Source: an uncultured Acidobacteriota bacterium
GTDB lineage: Bacteria > Acidobacteriota > UBA6911
NCBI GenBank assembly: GCA_963827655.1
Contig: CAWHCF010000020.1
Coordinates: forward strand, 128,001-192,000
Direction: 5' to 3'
Length of the DNA stretch: 64,000 nt
A program made the position numbers and the translations under genes. Positions 1 through 9,243 of this stretch are shown here, one piece after another; the stretch's first letter is position 1; each line of letters opens with the position of its first letter. The notes under the pieces are model-generated. The model was given only the letters and a program-made list of their open reading frames with translations, was not told where the DNA came from and ran no database searches.

Positions 1-285
1 CAGGGGCCAGTAGTCCCAGATTGAAAAACGAATGAGACGCAGATTGCTGAGCAGCCACAGAGTACCAACCAGCGAGAACACTATTCCGGCCGCGCGTCCC
101 GGCGTGCTCGTCGACTGGATCAGCTTGGTCAGGCCCACCGCAATGATACCCGCGGGCCAGAGGCGAAAATATTCCTCGGCTTCCAGGACGTCAAGATTGT
201 CCAGAGTGAAGAGAACTCCGAACACGATTGCCAGGAGACCGAGTACCAGCTGCGGCGTCACTCGGAAGGAAGGGCTATCTTCCAT
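1..285 (-). CDS. LiaF-like / DUF5668 membrane protein (runs off window start)
   Basis: Manual translation from ATG at 285: MEDSPSFRVTPQLVLGLLAIVFGVLFTLDNLDVLEAEEYFRLWPAGII...WDYWPL. Repeated hydrophobic segments ending in WP; paralogous to the upstream ORF. Confidence 0.75.
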   Translation of the reverse strand, partial: MEDSPSFRVTPQLVLGLLAIVFGVLFTLDNLDVLEAEEYFRLWPAGIIAVGLTKLIQSTSTPGRAAGIVFSLVGTLWLLSNLRLIRFSIWDYWPL

Positions 286-673
286 TTTGCTCCTCCGCGG
301 GCGTGTTCGCCGGTGATTCAGGCCTGAGAGCACTCCAGACTATGGAGATTCCGATCGCCAGAATCAAGAGAGGCCAGGACTTGCTAAAACCAAGGCCGAA
401 GAGTTTGAGATTCGAGATCAGCAACCATGCGCCGACCGTGCAGAGCCAGACCCCCTCGTCCGTGTTTTTCTTGTCTCCCGGTCGAACGAGTTTGTTGACA
501 CCAACGCCGATCAATACCAGAGGCCAGTAGCGCCATACCCCTCTCAGCTCAAGCAGATCCAGATTGGCCAGAAACAAGGCGACCCCCGCCAGGACCAGCG
601 TTGCGCCCGTAACCAGCTGGGCGATCGTGCGGGGAGAAGAATCAGTGTTCGTTTTACTCTCCGGGTCTGTCAT
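275..673 (-). CDS. LiaF-like / DUF5668 transmembrane protein
   Basis: 4 TM segments with RYWPLVLI and KSWPLLIL motifs; AAGGAGG RBS; overlaps the downstream paralog. Confidence 0.75.
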   Translation of the reverse strand: MTDPESKTNTDSSPRTIAQLVTGATLVLAGVALFLANLDLLELRGVWRYWPLVLIGVGVNKLVRPGDKKNTDEGVWLCTVGAWLLISNLKLFGLGFSKSWPLLILAIGISIVWSALRPESPANTPAEEQNGR

Positions 674-829
674 CGCTTCCTCCTTGTGCTCGGCTGCAAA
701 ATACGATGAGTTTCTGGAGGACGCATCCTTCTTTCGGCCAGCAGAGGTTATGAGTCGGTAGATGGCGCAGGGAGGCCTGCCGGCGCCGGAAGGTCCAGGC
801 GTTGTTTTCGTCTTTGCGGTTGATTCTAG

Positions 830-1711
830 TTGCGTGATTCAACTAAAAAAGAGACGCGAGGATGCCAGGAAACGGCCCTGGCAAGTTACAGCTTGCCCTT
901 CATCACGCTTACGCACTCTCCTCTCGTCCAAGGACCGGTTCCGGTCAAGATCTACTATCGAGAATCGGGTCATGGCGTGCCGCTGGTTTTTCTGCACGGC
1001 GGCTGGGGCTATGAAATCTATCCTTTCAATCGGCAGATCCAGGCATTTGGCGATCGATTCAGCATTTTGATCCCCGATCGCTCGGGTTACGGCCGCTCCA
1101 CTAAACTGGAAGAATTGCCCTCGGATTTCCACGCGCGTGCTGCCGTGGAAACGATGCGGTTTCTGGAGGCTCTCGACCTTCGGCGCCCTGTCCTGTGGGG
1201 GCACAGCGATGGGGCGGTCATCGCGGCGCATATCGGACTCGCCGCGCCCGAGCGGATTCGAGCGCTGGTACTCGAGGCCTTCCACTTTTATCGAGTCAAG
1301 CCCGGCTCGCGCGAATTTTTCCAGACCATGGCTTCAGACCCGGAACGGATGGGAAGGCGAGTATGCGAAACCCTGGCCTCGGAGCATGGCGAGCGTTACT
1401 GGCAGCAATTGATGCGAAACGGCGGCCAGGCATGGTTGAACATTGCCTGCGAAAGCGTGCAGGCCAATCAGGATCTATATGGAGGCAGGCTTTCGGAACT
1501 GCGGGTTCCTGCGCTCTTCATCCATGGGGGAGATGATCCACGCACGGAACCCGGCGAATTAGCGGCCGTGCGAGAAGCGCTCCCTTCGGCCACGGTTCAC
1601 GTTCTTCAAGGCGCGGGCCACAGTCCGCATAGCGAGAGCTCCGCGGCTGGCGAGTGTAATGCCAGGGCGGGTGAGTTCTTTGAGAATCTTGGAATCTGGA
1701 GCAGGACTTAG
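830..1711 (+). CDS. alpha/beta fold hydrolase (true start probably downstream)
   Basis: LVFLHGG, PDRSGYGRS, nucleophile elbow GHSDG, C-terminal AGHSPH. Confidence 0.9.
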   Translation: MRDSTKKETRGCQETALASYSLPFITLTHSPLVQGPVPVKIYYRESGHGVPLVFLHGGWGYEIYPFNRQIQAFGDRFSILIPDRSGYGRSTKLEELPSDFHARAAVETMRFLEALDLRRPVLWGHSDGAVIAAHIGLAAPERIRALVLEAFHFYRVKPGSREFFQTMASDPERMGRRVCETLASEHGERYWQQLMRNGGQAWLNIACESVQANQDLYGGRLSELRVPALFIHGGDDPRTEPGELAAVREALPSATVHVLQGAGHSPHSESSAAGECNARAGEFFENLGIWSRT

Positions 1712-1862
1712 CATTCAGTGTTGGCGAAGCTTGCTTCGCCAAATAAGGCGGTAGCAAGCTCCGAAACCTCACCGCAAGTAGGGCGGCGCCTTGCGCCCGG
1801 GTCGCACTGGAGGTTTGTTAGGACCATTCGGTCAAGTGGAGAGCTCGCGGGCAAGCTGATTG

Positions 1863-1904
1863 TCCCTGATCTGATCAGGGAGGCCCGGATTTCCGGACCT
1901 CCCC
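1863..1904 (-). terminator. Overlapping hairpins downstream of the small Cys peptide
   Basis: On minus strand GGGAGGTCCGG-AAAT-CCGGGCCTCCC starts ~12 nt after TAA, overlapping the palindrome TCCCTGATC-T-GATCAGGGA. No clear U-tract. Confidence 0.45.
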
Positions 1905-1914
1905 GTGTCCTTCC

Positions 1915-2031
1915 TTACAGGCAACAACCCAAGCCGCAGCAGGAACTTCCGCAGCAGGATTGGGCGCTGACAAAGGCGCTGGCCGCAAAGAAGGTCAGAA
2001 CCAGAGCTAGGCCTAAGAAAGCTCTTCTCAT
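1915..2031 (-). CDS. 38-aa secreted cysteine-doublet peptide MRRAFLGLALVLTFFAASAFVSAQSCCGSSCCGLGCCL
   Basis: Manual translation (below the ORF-track cutoff); AAGGAGAG RBS just upstream of ATG; Sec-type signal ending VSA; hairpin after stop. Confidence 0.75.
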   Translation of the reverse strand: MRRAFLGLALVLTFFAASAFVSAQSCCGSSCCGLGCCL

Positions 2032-2095
2032 GGCACTCTCCTTAAGAAAGAAATTGGATTTTGAAAAAGAGACAGCTGGGCGCGTCCGTTTCTTT

Positions 2096-2443
2096 CTAAA
2101 TCCGGAGAACGCGGTTTTTGATGAAGAGGGGAACCTCGATTACTCGAAGTGAAGGCGATTCGAACCAGGTCGCGGACGCGGTCAGGCAGACTCCGCTTAC
2201 TAAGTCCGAGAGCGCTGGCTGAAAAACTTTCAGAGACCGCTCGCCGGCAATGAAACTGCTATCCACACAGCTGGAACAGGAGGGGCTTTCGTCGTGCGGT
2301 CCGCAGCAGTCTCGCTGTTCGTCCGTGCACTGTTTGGCGTCAGCCGTCCGAGCCGTCTGCGGCAATACTTCTGGACAAGCGAGCGCGCATGTAACAGCGA
2401 GGAAAAAGAGAATCATGTAAGAGAGCAAGAAAAACCGTCTCAT
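2096..2443 (-). CDS. Cys-rich exported protein, CzcI/DUF2946-like
   Basis: N-terminal hydrophobic segment; C..CC..H..CxxC core; C-terminal PLFIKNRVLRI tail resembling small ORFs that precede metal-handling genes. Confidence 0.6.
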   Translation of the reverse strand: MRRFFLLSYMILFFLAVTCALACPEVLPQTARTADAKQCTDEQRDCCGPHDESPSCSSCVDSSFIAGERSLKVFQPALSDLVSGVCLTASATWFESPSLRVIEVPLFIKNRVLRI

Positions 2444-2685
2444 AACTCATTATAACGATCAAGTGTCCGCATGGTTCCCCCATTTTGCGCGCACCGGGTA
2501 ATTCGGGGCAATCATTTTCTGCTGCGGGACGAGTCGGCGCCTGATCGTCGACACGCGCAAGTTCCCTGCCAAGCGACCCGGGCCATGCCAGGCCGTTTCT
2601 CTATTTGAATTGGGGCGAACGGGAGAACGAAGGGATGAACCAGTCCTGCACTGCGATGAAGAATCTGCTCACCGATGGCGCATAT

Positions 2686-2777
2686 GTCATTGGTCATCAG
2701 TCATTGGTCATTTTTCATTGATGAACCGGTATTGCGCAAAGGATCCAGAAATGACAAATGACCAATGACCAATGACC
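2686..2777. repeat. Inverted heptamer arrays (GTCATTG)n / (CAATGAC)n
   Basis: gtcattggtcatcagtcattggtcattt ... aatgacaaatgaccaatgaccaatgacc, directly after the stop of 2783..3241. Confidence 0.8.
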
Positions 2778-2782
2778 GATGG

Positions 2783-3241
2783 TCAAGAGGGTTTGAAGCG
2801 CAGGACCAGGGCGACGCCCGCGGCGGCCAGCACCAGCCCCACATAGAACCAGATCTCAGGAGCTGACTTCGGCCGATGCCAGGCCATGCTGACGAAGGTG
2901 CTGACGATCGGAGCTCCGGCAAAGACCAGCGGAGGAACATAATTGGGCGTTCCGCCGAACTTCAGCGCGAGAATGATACAGAGCGCGCCCGCCGCCCCCA
3001 GCGTTCCACCGGCTATGGCGAAAACGGTCCCCCGGGTGTTGAATTCCATCGGCTCCATTCTAGCGGCCAGCAAAGCCAGCGGGACCAGGACCGCGGTCAG
3101 GAAATAGGCGATTCCGACGCAGAGGAAGGCGCGAATCGATCCCTTGTTCAGCGAATTCTGTCCTTCGTGCAGCACGGGGACATATGCTCCCCAGGACAGC
3201 ACGGCTCCGACGACAAAGACCAGCCACAAGTCCGACTTCAT
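2783..3241 (-). CDS. EamA/DMT-like small multi-pass membrane protein
   Basis: 5 TM segments; SWGAY and YVPPLVFAGAPIVS motifs; AAGGAG RBS. Confidence 0.7.
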   Translation of the reverse strand: MKSDLWLVFVVGAVLSWGAYVPVLHEGQNSLNKGSIRAFLCVGIAYFLTAVLVPLALLAARMEPMEFNTRGTVFAIAGGTLGAAGALCIILALKFGGTPNYVPPLVFAGAPIVSTFVSMAWHRPKSAPEIWFYVGLVLAAAGVALVLRFKPS

Positions 3242-3331
3242 GAGTTTTCTCCTTCAGCAAGGTTTTTCGAACCTCGTTCCGCCCTGGTGGTGAGTGCGTG
3301 AAAATTAAATCCACTCGCCGAGGCTCGAGGT

Positions 3332-5475
3332 CTACTGCACTTCGTACAGGTCGATGGATTTCCCCTGGAGGTACTTGTCGAACCAGTTCAGAATGTGCTG
3401 CAGTCTCTCGACCCGGTGCCACGGCTTTCCGGATCGTGAGAGTTCATGCGTCTCGTCCGGAAAGCGCACGAGGGCCGTTGGTTTTCTAAGATACTTGAGT
3501 GCGCGAAACATCACCTCGCCCCCTTCAGAGGGAGGCGTACGATAGTCGGTTTCCCCCTCGATAAACATGAGCGGCGTCGTCACCTTTGAGACGTGAGTGA
3601 TGGGCGACCGCGCCGCGAAATCTGCCGCATCCTGCCAGGGGGCGCCCCTGAACCAGGTTGGCGTGAAGAGCGTAAAATCGGCGGTGTACCAGAAACCGGC
3701 CCAGTCGGCGATCGAGCGTTGCGCTACCGCCGCTCGAAACCGGCTGGTCTGGGTGACGACCCAGTTGGTCAGCAGCCCGCCTCCACTGCCTCCCGTAACG
3801 CCCAGGCGCTCCGGATCGACATAACCTCGCTTGAGCACATCATCGACTCCGGCCATCAAGTCTTTAAAATCATCGCCCGGATAGCGGTATTGGATGATGT
3901 TTCCAAAGTCCTGCCCGTACGCCGAACTGCCGCGCGGATTTGTGTAGAGCACGACATATCCCTTGGCGGCCATCCAGTGAAACTCGTGGGTGAACGTGTG
4001 GCCGTAGGCCGCGTGAGGTCCTCCGTGAATCTCCAGGATCATGGGATATTTCTTGGCAGGGTTGAAATCCGGCGGCTTCTGAATCCACCCATGAATTTTC
4101 TTTCCATCGAAGCTGGTATACCAGATCTCCTCGGGTGCGCTCAGCTCCAGCTCGGAGAACAGGGAGTCGTTGAAGCGGGTGACCTGGGTCATTCTTCCCG
4201 TGGTGCCGTCCAGGAGGAAAAGATCGCCAATGCTGGTTGCGCTGGAAACCAGGACCGCCAGCTTGGAAGCGTTGGAACTCGCAGCGTAGGATACGATCTC
4301 ATGATCGCCCGTGGTAAAAGGATCGACCTTGCCCGAGATCGCATCGATACGGATAAGGTTAGCCCGGCCTTGCTCCGCGACAACTACGATCAACGTCGCC
4401 CATCTTTGTCCCAAATAACTCCACCGGACTGGTTGGCTCGCGGCGGATGCTGGTCGGCAGTCAGGCCGGAGCCGACATCGAAGTCGTACGTTGCAGTAAG
4501 ATTCCTCGGCGTTGCTCCTGCAATCGCATCTGCGACGAACAAATCGGGCTGGCTGTACGAGCGTGCCGGACGCCCGTTCGCAGTCCCCCGGAACGCAATG
4601 AGCTTCCCATCGGGGCTGAACGAGAAGTCGCCGATAGTGCCGTCGATGCTCAAGACCTTTTTCATCTCGCCGCCGCCCGATGGGATGGCGTAAATGTCAG
4701 TATCCGGCGGTTCGTAGTAAGACTCCTTCACTCGATTGGACGTGAAATAGATGTCTTTACCGTCCGGCGACCATGTGGGATTCGTCTCGTCGAAAGAGCC
4801 TGAAGTGAGTTGCTTCGGTTCGCCGCCTCCCGGAACCGCGACCCTCCAGATGTGCCTGCGGCGCTTCGGATCCAGATATCCGGCGTCGTTGAACCTGTAT
4901 ACGGCCTGAGTGATCACGCGGACGTCGCTCTGGCGTTCGGCGGAGGCTTCGCTCGCTGGGGCTTTTTTCTGGGCCAGGTCTTCCGCTGACGCGGAGCTGG
5001 TAAAGGCAATCGACTTTCCGTCGGGAGACCACCGATGAGATCCTGCGCCTCTCGGTATCTCGGTTAGAGATTGTGCCTCGCCGCCGCTGGCCGGTATCAA
5101 GTAGAGCTGCGCCGGCTGGATCTTCCCTTCCTTTTCGACCGCGCGAAGAAAGGCGATCTGTTTCCCGTCGGGAGACCAGCGCGGCGAAAGGTCATGGGGT
5201 CCGGCCGTGAACTGGCGTGCCTCACCTCCCTCAACCGGGACGGTCCACAATGCAGTCTCGTAGCGGTCTCGCTTCGGGTTGACCGATACCCGTACGAAGG
5301 CAATGCGGGAGCCGTCCGGAGAGAGCTGCGGGTCCGCAATCCACACAAAGCGGAACAAATCCTTTTCGGTTATCGAACGCTTTGCGCCGCTGAAGGCGCG
5401 CGGCTCGAATATTCCGCCAGTCGAGGCAATTGCCGCAATGATCCAGAATAAAGTGCCATACCGTATGCGATTCAT
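3332..5475 (-). CDS. S9 family peptidase (acylaminoacyl-peptidase-like), frameshift near 4400
   Basis: PD40 repeats (WSPDG) in 4390..5508; IHGGPH, GGSGGG nucleophile, DYRTP and ETHELS in 3332..4414. Confidence 0.9.
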
Positions 5476-5542
5476 CCGGCGCTCCTTGGTTTTGACATAT
5501 ACTATCAACGACCAGGACGCGGCGACACATAGTTTTGGGTCT

Positions 5543-5604
5543 AACCGCCAGGACGCGAAGACGCAAAGAGTACTTCTTCGCGTCTTTGTGTCTTGGGCGG
5601 TGGT
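5543..5604. repeat. REP-like imperfect palindrome
   Basis: accgccaggacgcgaagacgcaaag ... cttcgcgtctttgtgtcttgggcggt; same family recurs across the window. Confidence 0.7.
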
Positions 5605-5624
5605 GTTACACGAAGGATTACAAA

Positions 5625-6612
5625 ATGAATTTGCGCGATCTTGTAATTGTCGGGGGAGGACCGGCGGGCCTGGCCGCAGCTATTGCTGCGCAAAAAGCGG
5701 GACTGGACTACCAGGTGCTTGAAAAAGGAGTACTGGTGAATTCGATCTTTCATTTTCCCAGGGACATGGTTTTTTTCACCACGCCGGAGTTGCTGGAAAT
5801 CGGTGCCCTCCCGTTCACCACCCCTTACCAGAAGCCCACGCGCGCCGAGGCTTTGCGCTACTACCGGCGCGTCACCGACGCTTACCAGTTGCGCGTCTCT
5901 CTGGGCGAGCAGGTGATCACCATCGAACGCCAGGAATAAGGACGTATTCGCTATCGAGACGCGTTCCAGCAATGGGAGCCGGGGGGTTCACTACGCGCGC
6001 ACCGTCGTGATGGCAATCGGATACTACGATCATCCCAACCGGCTCGAAATCCCGGGGGAAGACTTGCCTCATGTGCGCCACTACTACAGCGAGCCGCATC
6101 CCTTCTATCGGAAGCAAGTCGTGATTGTCGGAGGCAAGAATTCGGCGGCGGAAGCCGCCCTGGAGCTGTTTCGTGCCGGCGCCCAGGTTACACTGGTGCA
6201 CCGCGGCAGCCAGCTGGGAGAGTCGATCAAGTATTGGGTTCGCCCTGATATCGAGAACCGTATCAAGGAAGGATCAATCCGGGGCCGTTTCGGTACCAGA
6301 GTCCGCGAGATCCGTCCCGAGTGCGTCATCGTTGAATCCAACGGGAACCGCGATGAGCTGCCGGCGCAGGGGGTCTTTCTGCTGACGGGTTACCACCCCG
6401 ATGGCGAACTGCTGAGGCGGGCCGGCGTCGAAGTGAATGAGGAGACGTTTGTGCCCACGCACAATCCTGAGACGCTGGAAACAAACGTTCCCGGTTTGTA
6501 CCTGGCAGGCGCGGTCGTGACGGGAAAGGAAACCAATCGAGTTTTCATAGAAAATGGCCGGTTTCACGGTGATTCCGTCGTTGCAGTCATACGCGCGCGG
6601 TTGGGTCGATAG
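5625..6612 (+). CDS. ypdA: YpdA-family putative bacillithiol disulfide reductase, frameshift near 5935
   Basis: GGGPAG, VNSIFHFP..M.FFTTPELLEIG, GGKNSA, IKYWVRPDIENRIKEG and VFIENGRFHG signatures. Confidence 0.88.
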
Positions 6613-6701
6613 TCTGCTTATCGCAAAGACGCGGAACTACGGAAACGATGAAACGATATGGATTCTTTTGTCAGTAATAGGCAGTAATAAGGAGCGACAA
6701 G

Positions 6702-9102
6702 ATGGCTCAACTCCGCGTAAGATTTCCAGCGAAGCTGGTCGTTGTGGTCCTGTTACCTTTCATTCTCCCCGGCACCTTTTCTGCGCAGCGTGACCGCGAG
6801 ATCGAGCTGTTCGTCGAGTCCTTGAACAGCCAGGGCGTCGCTGCAACAACGGGGGATCCCAGGCTGCTTCGCACCCGATTCGTCGATGTAAATCTTGATC
6901 TGCTCGCGTCACAGGTCGAGCGTGTGCCGGGAAGATCCGTGGAAGTTCAAAACATCCGCCTCAATCTGTTTGATGATACCTCCTTCACCGCGGTACCCGA
7001 TCGCATCGAAGCCACGGGGACGGACAGCTTCGCCTGGACCGGCCACCTGCAGGGCGTTGAACCGAGTGGCGTCTCTCTTGTGGTTAGAGATGGAGTTCTG
7101 GCGGGCAACGTCTCCATCCCTGGAACATCCTACGAGGTGCGTTACGAGGAAAGCGGAGTCTACTCCATTAACCAGATTGACCCGGCCGCCTTTCCGCCGG
7201 AAGCTCCGCCGATTCCCGTTCATACGCCGTCCACCCTCCCCACGATCGCGGGAGACGACGGCTCCATCGTCGATGTAATGGTGGTCTACACCACGACCGC
7301 GCGGCTGGCCGCGGGGGGAACCGGCGCGATGAACGCGCTCATCGCTCTGGCGGTGAGCGAGTCGAATACCGGTTATGCCAACAGCAACGTCACCCAGCGG
7401 CTGCGTCTGGTCCACACGGCGGAGGTCGAATACAGCGAAGCTGGATTCAATTGGACTACAACGCTGAATCGACTGACCAACACCGCCGACGGCTTCATGG
7501 ATGAGGTTCACTCCCTCCGCGACACTCATGGTGCGGATGCCGTTGTGCTGATTGTCAACGACACGGCCTTCTGTGGACAGGCCTGGTTGATGACCACCGT
7601 TTCCGATGGCTTCAAGACTTTTGCTTTTTCTCTGGTATCCCGCATATGCGCGGCGGGGAATTACAGCTTTGCCCACGAACTGGGCCACAACATGGGCTCA
7701 CACCATGACCGCGCCAATGCCTCCGGACCGGCGGCTTTTCCTTATTCCTATGGGTACCAGGCGCCGGACAACGCCTTTCGGACCATCATGGCGTACAACT
7801 GTGGAGGGACGGGTTGCCCGCGCGTCAACTACTGGTCCAATCCGGAGGTGCTGTTCAACGGCCAGCCAATGGGGGTCGATCAGACCCTCCCTAATTCGGC
7901 CGACAATCGCCGCTCCCTGAATAGCACAGCCTTCACGGTTGCCAACTGGAGGGACAGCGCCCCCACCACGGCCAAGGCACAAATCACAAGTCCGCAGCAG
8001 GGTTCGACGCTGATCTCGTCAACCGTGGCGTTTTCGTGGAACACAGGGAGCGGGGTCGCACAGTACTGGTTAGACGTGGGAACAACACTGGGCGGTATCC
8101 AGATCTATACCCAGTCGCGGGGGACCAACCTGTCGGCGACCGTTGCCGGGCTCCCGACAAATGCGAGCACCGTGTACGTCCGGCTCTGGTCGCTGATCGG
8201 CGACGCATGGCAGTTCAATGACTATACCTACACGGCCTCGGGCGGCGCGGGTGTCAAGGCTCAGATAACCAGTCCGGCGCCTGGCACGACTTTGCCGTTC
8301 GTCAACCGTGACGTTCGTCTGGAACACTGGAAGCGGAGTAGCCGAGTACTGGTTGGACATCGGGACGAGCGCTGGCGGCAGCGCAGATCTACACCCAGTC
8401 GCAGGGGACCAACCTGTCGGCGACGGTTTCCGGGCTGCCGGCAAACGGGAGCACGGTGTACGTCCGGCTCTGGTCGCTGATCAGCGGCGCATGGCAATTC
8501 AATGACTATACCTACACTGCGCCCTCAGGAGGAGCCGGCGTCCGGGCGCAGATCACAAGTCCGGCGCCGGGCTCAACCCTGGGGTTGTCGACCGTGACGT
8601 TCGTGTGGAACACCGGCAGCGGAGTAGCGGAGTATTGGTTGGACATCGGGACGACCGCCGGCGGCGCTCAGATCTACACCCAGCCGCAGGGGACCAACCT
8701 GTCGGCAACGGTTGCCGGGCTGCCAGCCGACGGGAGCACGGTTTACGTCCGCCTGTGGTCGCGGATCAGCGGTGCATGGCAGTTCAATGACTATACCTAT
8801 ACGGCGACATCCGGAGGGGCTAGCGTCAATGCGGCCATCACGAGTCCCGTTCCCGGATCGACATTGACGTCGTCAACCGTGACGTTCGTCTGGAATACGG
8901 GCTCCGGAGTATCGGAGTATTGGTTGGACATCGGGACGACTTTGCCGGCTACCAGATCTACACCCAGTCGCAGGGAACAAATCTCTCGGTGACGGTTTCC
9001 CCGCTGCCTGTGAACGGGAGCACGCTATACGTGCGGATGTGGTCAAAGATCAGCGGCGTCTGGCAATTCAACGACTACGTCTACATCGCCGCCACACAAT
9101 GA
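6702..9102 (+). CDS. Secreted reprolysin-like (M12B) zinc metalloprotease with four C-terminal beta-rich repeats, frameshifted near 8295, 8380 and 8945
   Basis: Signal peptide; HELGHNMGSHH zinc motif; Met-turn RTIMAY; repeats continue in 8456..8992 and 8920..9102. Confidence 0.88.
7970..9095 (+). repeat. Four ~285-bp intragenic tandem domain repeats
   Basis: A(Q/A)ITSP..GSTL..STV.F.WNTGSGV..YWLD.GTT....QIYTQ..GTNLS.TV..LP...ST.YVR.WS.I...WQFNDY.Y.A occurs four times. Confidence 0.9.
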
Positions 9103-9108
9103 AAGAAG

Positions 9109-9243
9109 CTTGTGTTTCTTCGTGTCTTCGTGGTAGGGCTGCGGACCCAATACCATAAGACGCGAAGCACGAAGCAACACCAAGAATCTTTGCCAAGAAG
9201 CAGGAATGGAAATCGTAAATCGTCAATCGTAAATCGTCAATCG
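9109..9243. repeat. REP-like palindrome followed by heptamer array (AATCGT[A/C])x4
   Basis: cttcgtgtcttcgtggta...taccataagacgcgaag, then aatcgtaaatcgtcaatcgtaaatcgtcaatcg. Confidence 0.75.

Noticed and set aside
1718-2152. 144-aa plus-strand ORF
   Set aside because: Antisense to the Cys peptide gene, which has the RBS, signal peptide and downstream hairpin.
7970-9095. Protease repeats as a CRISPR array or DGR template/variable pair
   Set aside because: They are coding domain repeats without spacers; no cas or reverse transcriptase gene is present.
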